Positions 8,799 through 17,500 of a stretch of 32,000 nt of DNA are shown piece by piece. Below the pieces are notes generated by a model. That model saw nothing but the letters and a program-made list of their open reading frames with translations, was not told the origin of the DNA and searched no databases. The DNA comes from Candidatus Hadarchaeota archaeon (GTDB lineage: Archaea; Hadarchaeota; Hadarchaeia; Hadarchaeales; Hadarchaeaceae): assembly GCA_964514965.1 (NCBI GenBank), contig CAZETV010000002.1, positions 213,057-245,056 on the forward strand, given 5' to 3'. Position 1 is the stretch's first letter. Each line of letters opens with the position of its first letter. A program made the translations under genes and the position numbers.

Positions 8799-10268
8799 AT
8801 GAAAATCAAGGATTTCAAAAAGCTAGCAGACCAATTAGATAGACCGTGCATAATACCTCTTATTCACACGGTCGAAGGGTGCGGCGATCCAGCTAAAATT
8901 TATAATAACCTAAGACGCATACACAACCCATCTTACCTCCTCGAGTCTGCAGAAGGACCTGGTGGGTCAGCTCGCTATTCTATTATAGGCTGTAACCCAC
9001 TGCTTCACATCTCCGTGCGCAATGGTACACTCAAGGCTTCAGGTAGAGCAGATGTAGTTAACCTTTCTCAAAAATATGCACGAAAAGTCGCCAAAGCTGA
9101 TGCCTTGGACAAGATGAAGGAAGCAATGTTTTTAAAAATTATGGGGCAAGCAACTGAAAGTGTGCCACGCTTTGTGCTCGGGGTGGTTGGATATGTGGGT
9201 TATGATTTAGTGAGATCTATGACCAACATTGGAGCACACGCTCTCGATGACCGTAACCACCCAGATGTTGAGTTCATGCTTGCAGAAGGGTCCATCACTT
9301 TTGACCATCTTAAGCATCAAACTCACTATTGTTCTCTGACTCTATTTACCGAGGAAATCGATGTAGACAGCTACTATGAAAAAGCATTGTCGAACATCAA
9401 AAAACTCAAGGCCATAAAACCAATATCGGCCGAGCCCCAACGGCAAAAAATCGTGACGCGGTCAAATATCTCGAAATCAAAATTTGAGCATGATGTCAAG
9501 GTGGCAAAGCGATACATCCGGGCAGGAGACATAATCCAAGTCGTGCTTTCGAGACGTATCGAGCTGAAGCCCGCGCCCCCGCTCGACCAGTTTTACATGA
9601 ATCTCCGAAAAATCAATCCTTCCCCTTACATGTTTTTCCTTGATTTTCCGAATCGTTCTCTGATTGGATCAAGCCCGGAAATCTTGGTGAAAGTCGATGG
9701 CAAAAAAGTATTAACTAGGCCCATCGCCGGCACACGACGTCGGGGCAATAACAAAATCGAGGATATCTCTCTCGAGCGTGACCTCCTCGGAGACGAGAAG
9801 GAGCGAGCCGAACACATCATGCTTGTCGATTTAGGAAGGAACGACATCGGCCGCATCTCAGAGTATGGCGCCGTTAAGGTAACTGATTTCATGGAGGTCG
9901 AAAAGTACAGTCATGTCCAGCACATAGTTTCGAATGTTGTTGGGCGAATGAGACCAGAGAAAGACGCTTTTGATGCATTACGTGCGACTTTCCCTGCCGG
10001 CACGGTGACGGGAGCGCCGAAAGTTAGGGCAATGGAGATAATTGATGAACTCGAACCCACGCGACGAGGCATCTATGCTGGAGCAGTCGGATCCTTCAGC
10101 TATAGCGGTCATGCTGACCTCGCGATAACCATCAGGACCATGGTGGCAGAGCGAGGCAGAGGTTATATCCAAGTAGGCGCTGGCATCGTTGCAGATTCTA
10201 TACCGTGGAAAGAACACTACGAAACTGAAAACAAAGCACAGGCGCTTTTGCGTGCGGCGGGTGTTTAA
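8799..10268 (+). CDS. trpE: Anthranilate synthase component I family (TrpE; PabB not excluded)
   Basis: Chorismate-utilising enzyme motifs (LLESAEG...RYSIIG, SPYMFF, GSSPE, RPIAGTRRRG, EHIMLVDLGRND, FPAGTVTGAPKVRAMEII). The track ORF starts at 8748 inside the preceding gene. I prefer the ATG at 8799 (MKIKDFKKLADQL), downstream of the stop at 8770. Confidence 0.8.
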   Translation: MKIKDFKKLADQLDRPCIIPLIHTVEGCGDPAKIYNNLRRIHNPSYLLESAEGPGGSARYSIIGCNPLLHISVRNGTLKASGRADVVNLSQKYARKVAKADALDKMKEAMFLKIMGQATESVPRFVLGVVGYVGYDLVRSMTNIGAHALDDRNHPDVEFMLAEGSITFDHLKHQTHYCSLTLFTEEIDVDSYYEKALSNIKKLKAIKPISAEPQRQKIVTRSNISKSKFEHDVKVAKRYIRAGDIIQVVLSRRIELKPAPPLDQFYMNLRKINPSPYMFFLDFPNRSLIGSSPEILVKVDGKKVLTRPIAGTRRRGNNKIEDISLERDLLGDEKERAEHIMLVDLGRNDIGRISEYGAVKVTDFMEVEKYSHVQHIVSNVVGRMRPEKDAFDALRATFPAGTVTGAPKVRAMEIIDELEPTRRGIYAGAVGSFSYSGHADLAITIRTMVAERGRGYIQVGAGIVADSIPWKEHYETENKAQALLRAAGV

Positions 10269-10838
10269 GTGCGCGTTACGGTGATTGACAACATTGATTC
10301 ATTCGTCTATAACCTTGTGCAATACATCGGGGAGCTAGGAGCGGAACTCCGAGTTTTCACGAACGATGTATCACTCCGTAAGATCATCGATGAAAATCCA
10401 GATAAAATTGTCATTTCTCCAGGCCCCAAGACTCCCGAAGTTGCTGGCGTATCAATCGATGTGATTAAGGAATTTAGCGGCAAAGTCCCGATTCTTGGGG
10501 TATGCCTTGGTCACCAAGCGATTGGCTATGCATTTGGAGCAAATATCGTCCCAGCAAAACGATTGATGCACGGCAAAACTTGTTTTATTGAGCACGATGG
10601 TAGTGAACTCTTTAAAGGAGTGCCGAATCCATTTGAGGCAACACGCTATCATTCTCTAGCGGTCGACCGTGCAACGTTACCGTCCTGCTTACGCATAACG
10701 GCTGAAACTTCCGATGAGCATCACGAAATAATGGGAATAAAACACGCGGAACATCCAACTTTTGGGGTACAATTTCACCCGGAGTCGATACTGACCACAC
10801 ATGGGAAGCTCATGATAAAAAATTTCATCAAGCTATGA
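10269..10838 (+). CDS. trpG: Anthranilate/aminodeoxychorismate synthase glutamine amidotransferase component II
   Basis: 189 aa triad GATase (GVCLGHQ, QFHPES). The GTG start directly abuts the trpE stop. Confidence 0.85.
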   Translation: MRVTVIDNIDSFVYNLVQYIGELGAELRVFTNDVSLRKIIDENPDKIVISPGPKTPEVAGVSIDVIKEFSGKVPILGVCLGHQAIGYAFGANIVPAKRLMHGKTCFIEHDGSELFKGVPNPFEATRYHSLAVDRATLPSCLRITAETSDEHHEIMGIKHAEHPTFGVQFHPESILTTHGKLMIKNFIKL

Positions 10839-10891
10839 GATGTATAGTAATGCAAAAAACTCGAACGGAAAATAAGTGGTAGTGTGTTCAG

Positions 10892-11665
10892 ATGTTAACG
10901 AAACGAATCATCCCCTGCCTCGATATGCGCTGGGGGCGTGTTGTCAAGGGTGTCAAGTTCAAGCAACTACGTGATGCGGGCGATCCAGCTGAGCTAGCAC
11001 ATTGGTATGACGAACAAGGCGCCGATGAGGTGGTGTTCTTGGATATCGGAGCATCACCAGAGGGGAGGGAAACTATGTTTGAAGTGGTCAAGCACACAGC
11101 CAAACAACTATTTATCCCACTAACAGTTGGCGGCGGCATTAATTCGCTCGATCATATCAACCGCATGCTCAAGTCAGGGGCGGACAAGGTGGCGATAAAT
11201 ACTGCTGCAGTTGAGAGCCCTGAACTGGTACGTGAGTCGGCGGAGAAGTTTGGGAGCCAGTGCATCGTCATCGCTATAGACGCCAAGAGTATCGGAGAGC
11301 GAAAGTGGGAGGTTTACACTTATGGCGGCCGCAAGCCAACCGGCGTGGATGTATTGGAATGGGCCAGACAAGTCGAGTCATTAGGAGCAGGCGAAATTCT
11401 GCTTACGAGCATGGACGCCGATGGCACGAAAGCCGGTTATGATTTAGAACTCACCAAAACTGTAGCTAACGCGGTTAACATACCAATCATCGCTTCGGGC
11501 GGCGCTGGCAATCCTCAACACATTTGCGAGGTTCTTACGACTACTGGAGCAGACGCTGCTTTAGCCGCTGGCATTTTTCATTTCGGCGCTTATTCTATCG
11601 GCGACGTTAAAAGTTACTTGCGCGAACAAGGCGTTCCTGTGAGGTTGTGGGTGAGGCAAAAATGA
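10892..11665 (+). CDS. hisF: Imidazole glycerol phosphate synthase, cyclase subunit
   Basis: 257 aa: [12 protein letters not shown]...[52 protein letters not shown]. Confidence 0.95.
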   Translation: MLTKRIIPCLDMRWGRVVKGVKFKQLRDAGDPAELAHWYDEQGADEVVFLDIGASPEGRETMFEVVKHTAKQLFIPLTVGGGINSLDHINRMLKSGADKVAINTAAVESPELVRESAEKFGSQCIVIAIDAKSIGERKWEVYTYGGRKPTGVDVLEWARQVESLGAGEILLTSMDADGTKAGYDLELTKTVANAVNIPIIASGGAGNPQHICEVLTTTGADAALAAGIFHFGAYSIGDVKSYLREQGVPVRLWVRQK

Positions 11666-12267
11666 CCCGAATAGCAATCGTTGACTATGGTGTCGGCAAT
11701 CTGCATAGCATCCGGCGTGGCCTCGACCTAGCTGGTGCTCAAACCAAAATCACAAATGAACCCGATGAAATCGCTGCAGCTGATGCCATCGTGCTCCCAG
11801 GAGTCGGGGCATTCAAGAGTGCAATGCAGGAGCTTGGGGCTAATCTCGATATCATCAAACAAGCTACTTCTGCAGGCAAGCCTTTATTGGGTATTTGTTT
11901 GGGCATGCAACTATTGCTGGCTCGGAGTGAGGAAGGCGGCAACACAGAGGGCTTAGGACTCATTCCCGGCAAGGTGGTCAAGCTACCGCGTACTCAAAAG
12001 GTGCCGCATATGGGCTGGAATTCTTTAGAAGTTAAACGCGAACACCCATTCTTGGTGGACGTTCAATCTGGCGCCCAAATTTACTTTGTGCATTCCTATC
12101 TCGTGCAGCCTGAAGACGAAAAATCTGTTATCGCGACTAGCACTTACGGTATCGAATTCCCCGCTATTGTGGCACAGGGCACAGTGATTGGGACACAGTT
12201 TCACCCAGAAAAAAGCGGAAGGGTCGGATTACAAATGCTTAAAAATTTTGTTATGATGGTAGAATAA
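11662..12267 (+). CDS. hisH: Imidazole glycerol phosphate synthase, glutamine amidotransferase subunit
   Basis: [44 protein letters not shown]. The ATG at 11662 overlaps the hisF stop (ATGA). The track GTG at 11647 adds 5 unsupported codons. Confidence 0.92.
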   Translation: MTRIAIVDYGVGNLHSIRRGLDLAGAQTKITNEPDEIAAADAIVLPGVGAFKSAMQELGANLDIIKQATSAGKPLLGICLGMQLLLARSEEGGNTEGLGLIPGKVVKLPRTQKVPHMGWNSLEVKREHPFLVDVQSGAQIYFVHSYLVQPEDEKSVIATSTYGIEFPAIVAQGTVIGTQFHPEKSGRVGLQMLKNFVMMVE

Positions 12268-12291
12268 AGGGCAGCCACCCAAAATGAGGAT

Positions 12292-13842
12292 ATGTTTATG
12301 AAAACCGATGCAATCATTGTAGTTGATTTTGGCGGGCAATATTGTCACCTGATAGGAAGAAGGGTTAGGGAGTACAAAGTTTACTCCGAAGTAGTGCCAT
12401 ATGATGTAACCCCCGAAGAAATCAAAGCACTCAACAAAAAGTTCAATGTTAAGGGGATAATCCTATCTGGCGGACCGTCTAGCATTCACGAAGAAAACGC
12501 TCCTAAATGTAGTCGAGAAATTTTAGAATTGAACATTCCAATCTTAGGTTTATGTTACGGACACCAGCTCATCGCTCATTTTTCTGGGGGGGAAGTAAAA
12601 AGAGCGGACAAGAGGGAGTATGGAATAACAATTGTTATAATCGATAAGCCAATTGGAGTCCTAAAGGGATTAGATGATAAAGAAAAAGTCTGGATGAGCC
12701 ACGGTGATACTGTTTACACGCTTTCACAAGAATACGATATCCTCGCACACACTGAAAATTGTCCTGTAGCTGCATTCAAGCATAAGGAGGAGCCCATTTA
12801 CGGTCTACAGTGGCATCCCGAAGTTATCCATACTGAGAAAGGAGGAAAAATGCTAGAAAATTTCATCTTCGAAATCTGCAAATGCCAAGCGAATTGGAAG
12901 ATGGAAGATTTCGTGAAAAAATCCATCCAAGAAATAAAACAGGTAACAGGTAATAAAAAAGCTATAATCGCTTTAAGCGGGGGTATCGACTCTAGCACGG
13001 CTACAGTATTGGCCGCAAAAGCCATGGGGAAGAACTTAACTGCAGTCTTCGTTGATCACGGATTCATGAGGGAGGGGGAACCTGAATTTATCAAAGATAC
13101 ATTTGAAAAATTTGATTTCAACTTCATTGCGGTGGATGCACGGGAAAGGTTCCTGCGAAGATTAAAAGGGATAATAGACCCCGAGCGGAAAAGGAAGATA
13201 ATTGGAGAAGAATTCATCAAGGTTTTCGAGGAAGTCGCAAGAGAAGTTGGAGCGGAGTACCTTTTGCAAGGAACGATTTATCCGGATAGAATCGAATCAG
13301 GTTTTAGGAAGTATTCCGACAAAATAAAAACCCACCATAACGTTGCGGGCTTACCAACCAAAATTGAATTTCTTGGAGTAGTCGAACCGTTAAGGAACCT
13401 GTATAAAGATGAAGTAAGGAAGGTTGCAAAAAAGTTGAGATTACCAAACGAAATTATCTGGAGACAACCCTTTCCCGGCCCAGGTTTATCCGTGAGAATA
13501 ATTAATGAGGTAACTCCTGAGAAAATCGAAATAATTAAAAAAGCTGACAAAATAGCGACCGAGGAGATAGAGGAAAGCGGATTGAAAGAGGATTTATGGC
13601 AATATTTCGCTGTTTTGACTGACACCAAAAGTACCGGGGTGAAAGGCGATTCAAGAGCGTATGGTTACACGGTCGCTATCAGAGCCGTTAAAAGTAAAGA
13701 AGCTATGACCGCTAACTTTGCAAAAATCCCTTATGATGTGTTGGAGCGGATTTCTACGAAAATAACAAATGAGATACCAGAAGTTACAAGAGTTGTATAT
13801 GATGTCACCCACAAACCACCGGCAACAATTGAATGGGAGTGA
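12292..13842 (+). CDS. guaA: GMP synthase (glutamine-hydrolysing), fused GATase plus ATP-pyrophosphatase form
   Basis: 516 aa. N-terminal triad GATase (GLCYGHQ, QWHPE), PP-loop SGGIDSS, C-terminal dimerisation motifs (HHNVAGLP, PFPGPGL, IEWE end). Confidence 0.95.
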   Translation: MFMKTDAIIVVDFGGQYCHLIGRRVREYKVYSEVVPYDVTPEEIKALNKKFNVKGIILSGGPSSIHEENAPKCSREILELNIPILGLCYGHQLIAHFSGGEVKRADKREYGITIVIIDKPIGVLKGLDDKEKVWMSHGDTVYTLSQEYDILAHTENCPVAAFKHKEEPIYGLQWHPEVIHTEKGGKMLENFIFEICKCQANWKMEDFVKKSIQEIKQVTGNKKAIIALSGGIDSSTATVLAAKAMGKNLTAVFVDHGFMREGEPEFIKDTFEKFDFNFIAVDARERFLRRLKGIIDPERKRKIIGEEFIKVFEEVAREVGAEYLLQGTIYPDRIESGFRKYSDKIKTHHNVAGLPTKIEFLGVVEPLRNLYKDEVRKVAKKLRLPNEIIWRQPFPGPGLSVRIINEVTPEKIEIIKKADKIATEEIEESGLKEDLWQYFAVLTDTKSTGVKGDSRAYGYTVAIRAVKSKEAMTANFAKIPYDVLERISTKITNEIPEVTRVVYDVTHKPPATIEWE

Positions 13843-13939
13843 CAAATTGAACTTTTAGCCACGAAGCTGAAGATTCAATATGGGAAAATTAAATGAGGTC
13901 AATGTTACATATGTTTAAACAATTTTTGGGGGAGAACAC

Positions 13940-14941
13940 ATGATAAGCGAAGAGAAAGTTCAGAGGCTAGTGTTTGAGATTTTACGAATCCTTAAAGAAA
14001 AAGAACATGATGGGCCAGTGGGCGCACGGACGATAGCCAGGGAGCTAGGTAAAAGAGGATTTAAAATAGGAGAAAGAACAGTACGTTATCACCTAAGACT
14101 ACTCGATGCAAAAGGATTTACCAAAAAGATAGGTTCACTAGAAGGGAGGCTCCTCACAGAAGAGGGTAAAGAAGAGATAAAACACACTCTTGTTGGTAAA
14201 CGCGTTGGTTTCGTTATTGGAAAAATTGAGGAACTCATCTACAGAATGAGTTACAACCTCAAAAGTGAGAGAGGCACCATAATCGTTAACATTTCTTTAC
14301 TGGATGCGAGGGAACTTAAAAAAGCGCTTGCTATAATGAAAAAAGTTATCGGTGCAGGGTATGCCTCTAGCCCTTTAATTAAAGTAGCTCATGAAGGGGA
14401 GAACATAGCGGAGGTTAGCGTGCCTAAGGGAAAGATTGGCATAGCCACTATGTGTAGCATTACTATTGACGGGTTGTTGACGAAGGCAGGCGTTCCTGTA
14501 TCCCCAAAATTTGGTGGAGTTTTAGAAATCGAAAATCGAGAACCAAAAAGATTTACCGATGTTATAACCTATCAGGGGTCTTCGTTGGACCCTCTTGAGG
14601 TTTTTGCGTCCAGAAAGATGACCTCATACTTAAATGTGGTAAAAATGGGGTCTGGTAGAATACTCGCTAATCTTAGGGAAATTCCCATGCTCGCGAGAGA
14701 TTCTGCCCAAGATATCATAAACCAAGCTAAAAGGAATGGATTAAATGGTGTTTTGGTTATGGGCGCCCCAGGTGAATCTTTGTATGGGCTCCCCGTTGAT
14801 GTGAACCGAGTGGGCATAGTAATCTTAGGTGGAATTAATCCAATGACAGCGGTTGAAGAAAGTGGCATCGCAATTGAAACAAAACCTATGGAAACGACAT
14901 TAGATATTGCAGAAATGCAGCTTATTCAAAAATGGATGTAA
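13940..14941 (+). CDS. nrpR: NrpR-type regulator (HTH plus one NrpR/DUF128 domain), paralogue 2
   Basis: 333 aa, collinear with ORF 1273..2259. Shared motifs: ERTVRYHLRLLDAKGF; VPKGKIGIATMCSITIDGLL; GGVLEI; PLEVFASRKMTS; GSGRILANLREIP; VNRVGIVILGG. Confidence 0.8.
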   Translation: MISEEKVQRLVFEILRILKEKEHDGPVGARTIARELGKRGFKIGERTVRYHLRLLDAKGFTKKIGSLEGRLLTEEGKEEIKHTLVGKRVGFVIGKIEELIYRMSYNLKSERGTIIVNISLLDARELKKALAIMKKVIGAGYASSPLIKVAHEGENIAEVSVPKGKIGIATMCSITIDGLLTKAGVPVSPKFGGVLEIENREPKRFTDVITYQGSSLDPLEVFASRKMTSYLNVVKMGSGRILANLREIPMLARDSAQDIINQAKRNGLNGVLVMGAPGESLYGLPVDVNRVGIVILGGINPMTAVEESGIAIETKPMETTLDIAEMQLIQKWM

Positions 14942-14968
14942 GGACCAATCATTTTTAATCTATAGTAG

Positions 14969-15053
14969 TGCGGGGGACAGGATTCGAACCTGCGAACCCC
15001 TTCGGGATGAGGTCCTAAACCTCACGCCTTTGACCTGACTTGGCTACCCCCGC
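14969..15053 (-). tRNA. tRNA-Leu (anticodon TAG), intron-less, long variable arm, no encoded CCA
   Basis: Manual fold of the reverse complement GCGGGGGTAGCCAAGTCAGGTCAAAGGCGTGAGGTTTAGGACCTCATCCCGAAGGGGTTCGCAGGTTCGAATCCTGTCCCCCGCA. Acceptor GCGGGGG/CCCCCGC, anticodon stem TGAGG/CCTCA, loop TTTAGGA, T-loop TTCGAAT. Confidence 0.9.
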
Positions 15054-15083
15054 CCAATTCAGATTTCATCTCAGAAGATAAAA

Positions 15084-15296
15084 CTACCACATTCGACCCG
15101 GTTTATCTCTGCCTAGAGCCTCGCGCTGGGCCATCCGCTCGAAGCGTGCCTGTTTTTTTGCCTGTTTGTAGCAGCCCTTACAATAGGACTTACCCATCGT
15201 TCGCTTAGCGCATGCGCGGTGGAGCTCGACATTGCAGCTCAAGCACTTAACAATCGGCGGCTCAAGAGGTTTGTCACAGATTGGGCAGTTGGGCAT
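15084..15296 (-). CDS. Small Cys-rich zinc-ribbon protein, function unknown
   Basis: 70 aa with CPIC...CLSC...C...CKGC pairs followed by a basic tail. There is no antisense competitor ORF. No family is recognised. Confidence 0.5.
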   Translation of the reverse strand: MPNCPICDKPLEPPIVKCLSCNVELHRACAKRTMGKSYCKGCYKQAKKQARFERMAQREALGRDKPGRMW

Positions 15297-15697
15297 GTGG
15301 TCACCAGCTAAACTGCATTAACAATATCTGGAATTAAGTAATTAAAGTATCGAGCTCCGGCGATGTTTAAGTCCGACTACAATCCAGCTTCTCGCTTAAA
15401 TTCGGGTCTTGTTCTATAAAACGCCATGAATGAGGATAAAAGAGTTATCAGGCTACTGACGAACAGTATCCACAGGCCCCAACGACTTCCTCCTCTTGCA
15501 AGATTTTCTATACTGTAGAAAAAAATAGAATCACCCCACAAACAATAGAGACACTGAAAATGCTTTTTCTAGGAATGGACTATCTGACCACTTATAAACT
15601 CACTCAACCGTGCCAAGCGGCCCCTGGCAAAACTCGGGCTTGACTTCATCACTTGCCACAACCCTCACTCTGCTCACTTGTAGCCGATTAAAAATAT

Positions 15698-16261
15698 TTA
15701 GTCGGAACTCGGTTCCAACAAATCCTTGCTCAAAATCGCGAAGGTGTCGCCACCAACCTGATAGAAGTTCCGGACTTTTTCAACATTCATAAATCTACCG
15801 TCAAATGCGCCCTCGTTCGCGTACGCTGCGACCACCTCTCCCACGAATAGGGTATGATCTCCCGTGGTAATCTGGTTCACAAGCTTGCACTCGAGATGGG
15901 CAACGCATTCTTCGACGATCGGAGATTTAACGACTTTTGCGGGCTTGGCAGTCAAACCAATCTCGGAGAACTTGTCATGCTCGCGCCCAGAGGCTCTGCC
16001 GCACTTGATTGCTTTGTCGAGGATTTCAACTGCGGGGATATTTATTACGAATTCTTTGGCGCGCGCGATTAGCCCATGTGAGTATCGGCGAGGGGCAACG
16101 AGAACCCCAACAAGCGGCGGGTTCGCGGAGAGTGGCGCGGCCCAAGCGATTGTAATTAAATTAGGCTTTCCAGTCGTAGGGTCGACACAACTGACAAGGA
16201 CGACCAGCCTCGGGTAAAGTAATCTATACGCTTTTTGGCTTGGCACTTCTATTTTTTCCAT
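15698..16261 (-). CDS. Flavin reductase-like (FMN-binding split-barrel) family protein
   Basis: MEKIEVPSQKAYRLLYPRLVVLVSCVD...NLITIAWAAPLSANPPLVGVLVAP...DHTLFVGEVV matches the flavin-reductase domain pattern. The track ORF (to 16390, TTG) reads through tRNA-Glu and is rejected. Candidate starts are ATG 16261 or ATG 16273. Confidence 0.8.
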   Translation of the reverse strand: MEKIEVPSQKAYRLLYPRLVVLVSCVDPTTGKPNLITIAWAAPLSANPPLVGVLVAPRRYSHGLIARAKEFVINIPAVEILDKAIKCGRASGREHDKFSEIGLTAKPAKVVKSPIVEECVAHLECKLVNQITTGDHTLFVGEVVAAYANEGAFDGRFMNVEKVRNFYQVGGDTFAILSKDLLEPSSD

Positions 16262-16275
16262 CCCAATCACCATGG

Positions 16276-16386
16276 TGCCCCGGGCGGGATTCGAACCCGC
16301 GTCACAGCCTTTCTTCGTTAGCAACTCGAAAGGGCTGTATGATTTCGGCGGAGATTTACTCCTTGACCGGCCTACACCACCGGGGC
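16276..16386 (-). tRNA. tRNA-Glu (anticodon TTC) with two introns: about 20 nt in the D-loop/D-stem junction (about 16343..16362) and 16 nt at canonical 37/38 (16311..16326); CCA encoded (16273..16275)
   Basis: Reverse complement: GCCCCGGTGGTGTAGGCCGGTCAA[GGAGTAAATCTCCGCCGAAA]TCATACAGCCCTTTCG[AGTTGCTAACGAAGAA]AGGCTGTGACGCGGGTTCGAATCCCGCCCGGGGCACCA. Removing the bracketed parts gives a 75-nt cloverleaf that matches the archaeal tRNA-Glu pattern (GGTGGTGTAG...CCGG.CAATCAT, loop CTTTCGA). Confidence 0.85.
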
Positions 16387-16514
16387 CCAATACCGTTTAT
16401 GTTTTAAATTATTAAACTCGACTTCTTTGGAACATTTCTCGACCACAAATTTTTTTACTAAGTCGGTGGGGCACCATTATCTGTTCATTTGACAAATCTG
16501 AAATCTATTCAAAT

Positions 16515-16545
16515 GGTGGGCCCGAAGGGGTTTATACTTTTCTAG
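16515..16545. repeat. Direct repeat copy A resembling the 3' end of tRNA-Met (ggtgggcccgaaggg...ttctag)
   Basis: The 15-mer ggtgggcccgaaggg is identical to 17879..17893. Its 13-nt core tgggcccgaaggg is identical to the 3' end of the tRNA-Met gene (26518..26530), in the same orientation. Confidence 0.6.
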
Positions 16546-16626
16546 GTGTGAGTCCATCCGATTTCACCCAAAAAAATTTCCTTCATTGTATAGCACCTGA
16601 ACCAAGGGCCCCGTCTTAATAAAAAT

Positions 16627-16850
16627 CGCGCCTAGGCCTCCGGGACGGGAGCGCCTACTCGGAGAACTACACCTACGACGACGCCAACCAGCTCCTAGAG
16701 ATCGTGGCCTCGAACAACAGCGTCACCACCCTGAGACTTATGACAACAACGGCGGCATGACCGGCATGGTGACCACGGTCGGGGGAACCGTCACCGACAA
16801 CATGGCCTACTTCTACGACTACGACGGCAGGCTGGTGCGGGTGGAGAACT
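16627..16850 (+). pseudogene. YD/Rhs-repeat protein gene fragment 1 (no start, internal frameshift)
   Basis: Own translation gives frame a ...GSAYSENYTYDDANQLLEIVASNNSVTTL. The reading then shifts near 16725..16739 to frame b TYDNNGGMTGMVTTVGGTVTDNMAYFYDYDGRLVRVEN. These are repeated YD..G motifs. G+C is visibly higher than the flanks. Confidence 0.6.
16799..16850 (+). repeat. 52-bp direct repeat, copy 1 (aacatggcctacttctacgactacgacggcaGgctggtGcgggtggagaact)
   Basis: 50 of 52 nt are identical to 17554..17605. It encodes MAYFYDYDG(R/M)LVRVEN. Confidence 0.95.
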
Positions 16851-16876
16851 TAGATTTAATCGACTCCCCCCCTGAT

Positions 16877-17143
16877 TTATTTTCCCTTGTACGCCCCACG
16901 CCTGTGTCTGACGTATTGAATTTCAACCGACGCCTCACTTACTATTCTGTAAATAATCCGATAATCCCCAGCTCGTAATTTCCAGTACCCCTCCCATCCG
17001 CCGTGGAGCTTGTCGCCCGCCCTGACATCGTCAAACAATTCGTCCATCGCCAGCTCTATCCGCCGTTGCACATCCGTCGGGAGCTTTCTTATGTCCCGCA
17101 TCGCCCTTCGGGTAAAAGAAATTTCAACCATGTTGACGCCCAT
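16877..17143 (-). CDS. RelE/ParE-family type II toxin
   Basis: 88 aa: FTRRAMRDIRKLPTDVQRRIELAMDEL...KLHGGWEGYWKLRAGDYRIIYRIVSEASVEIQYVRHRRGAY. This is the classic RelE/ParE layout (RxGDYRiiY ... hRk.aY). It lies 26 nt downstream of the antitoxin gene. Confidence 0.8.
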   Translation of the reverse strand: MGVNMVEISFTRRAMRDIRKLPTDVQRRIELAMDELFDDVRAGDKLHGGWEGYWKLRAGDYRIIYRIVSEASVEIQYVRHRRGAYKGK

Positions 17144-17169
17144 CGTTTAAAACGATTCAGTACCAGCTC

Positions 17170-17460
17170 TCACTTATTTTTTACACTCAAGCGCGGGGGC
17201 TGACGCCCGAAGACTTCCTCGTAGGTATAAATCCTTCCGGCCGCAGAGTCCTCTTGGGCCTCTCTAAGCGCGCGCAGAGCACGAGGGTCTGCCATCTCCT
17301 CAAGGGTCGCCATTATGCTGTTGTATTCCTTAGCCCCAATAACCACAGCGACGGGCTTCCCCTTTCTGCTCACGACAATCTGTTTCCCCGCCTCGGCATC
17401 GCGAAGCAAGCGGGGCAACTTTCGGTTCGCTTCCCTCACTCCTACAACCCGTCCAACCAT
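17170..17460 (-). CDS. Phd/YefM-family antitoxin
   Basis: MVGRVVGVREANRKLPRLLRDAEAGKQIVVSRKGKPVAVVIGAKEYNSIMATLEE has the Phd/YefM N-terminal pattern. The ATG at 17460 is preferred over the track TTG at 17478. Confidence 0.75.
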   Translation of the reverse strand: MVGRVVGVREANRKLPRLLRDAEAGKQIVVSRKGKPVAVVIGAKEYNSIMATLEEMADPRALRALREAQEDSAAGRIYTYEEVFGRQPPRLSVKNK

Positions 17461-17500
17461 CTGGATCACCAGTAACAATCGCCGTTATCATACTTATAGG

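Noticed and set aside
15297-15697. 400-bp non-coding gap screened for C/D-box sRNA or a small ORF
   Set aside because: A GTGATGA C-box-like motif exists on the minus strand, but there are no correctly spaced CTGA D or D' boxes. Only very short ORFs (under 20 codons) were found.
15698-16390. Full 230-aa track ORF (TTG start) for the flavin reductase gene
   Set aside because: Its first 39-43 codons are simply the reverse reading of the tRNA-Glu gene (16276..16386). The flavin-reductase homology begins at MEKIEV (ATG 16261).
16464-16478. GGGGCACCA match to the tRNA-Glu 3' end, in inverted orientation
   Set aside because: It is only 9 nt long, and such a match is expected by chance in a 32-kb window.
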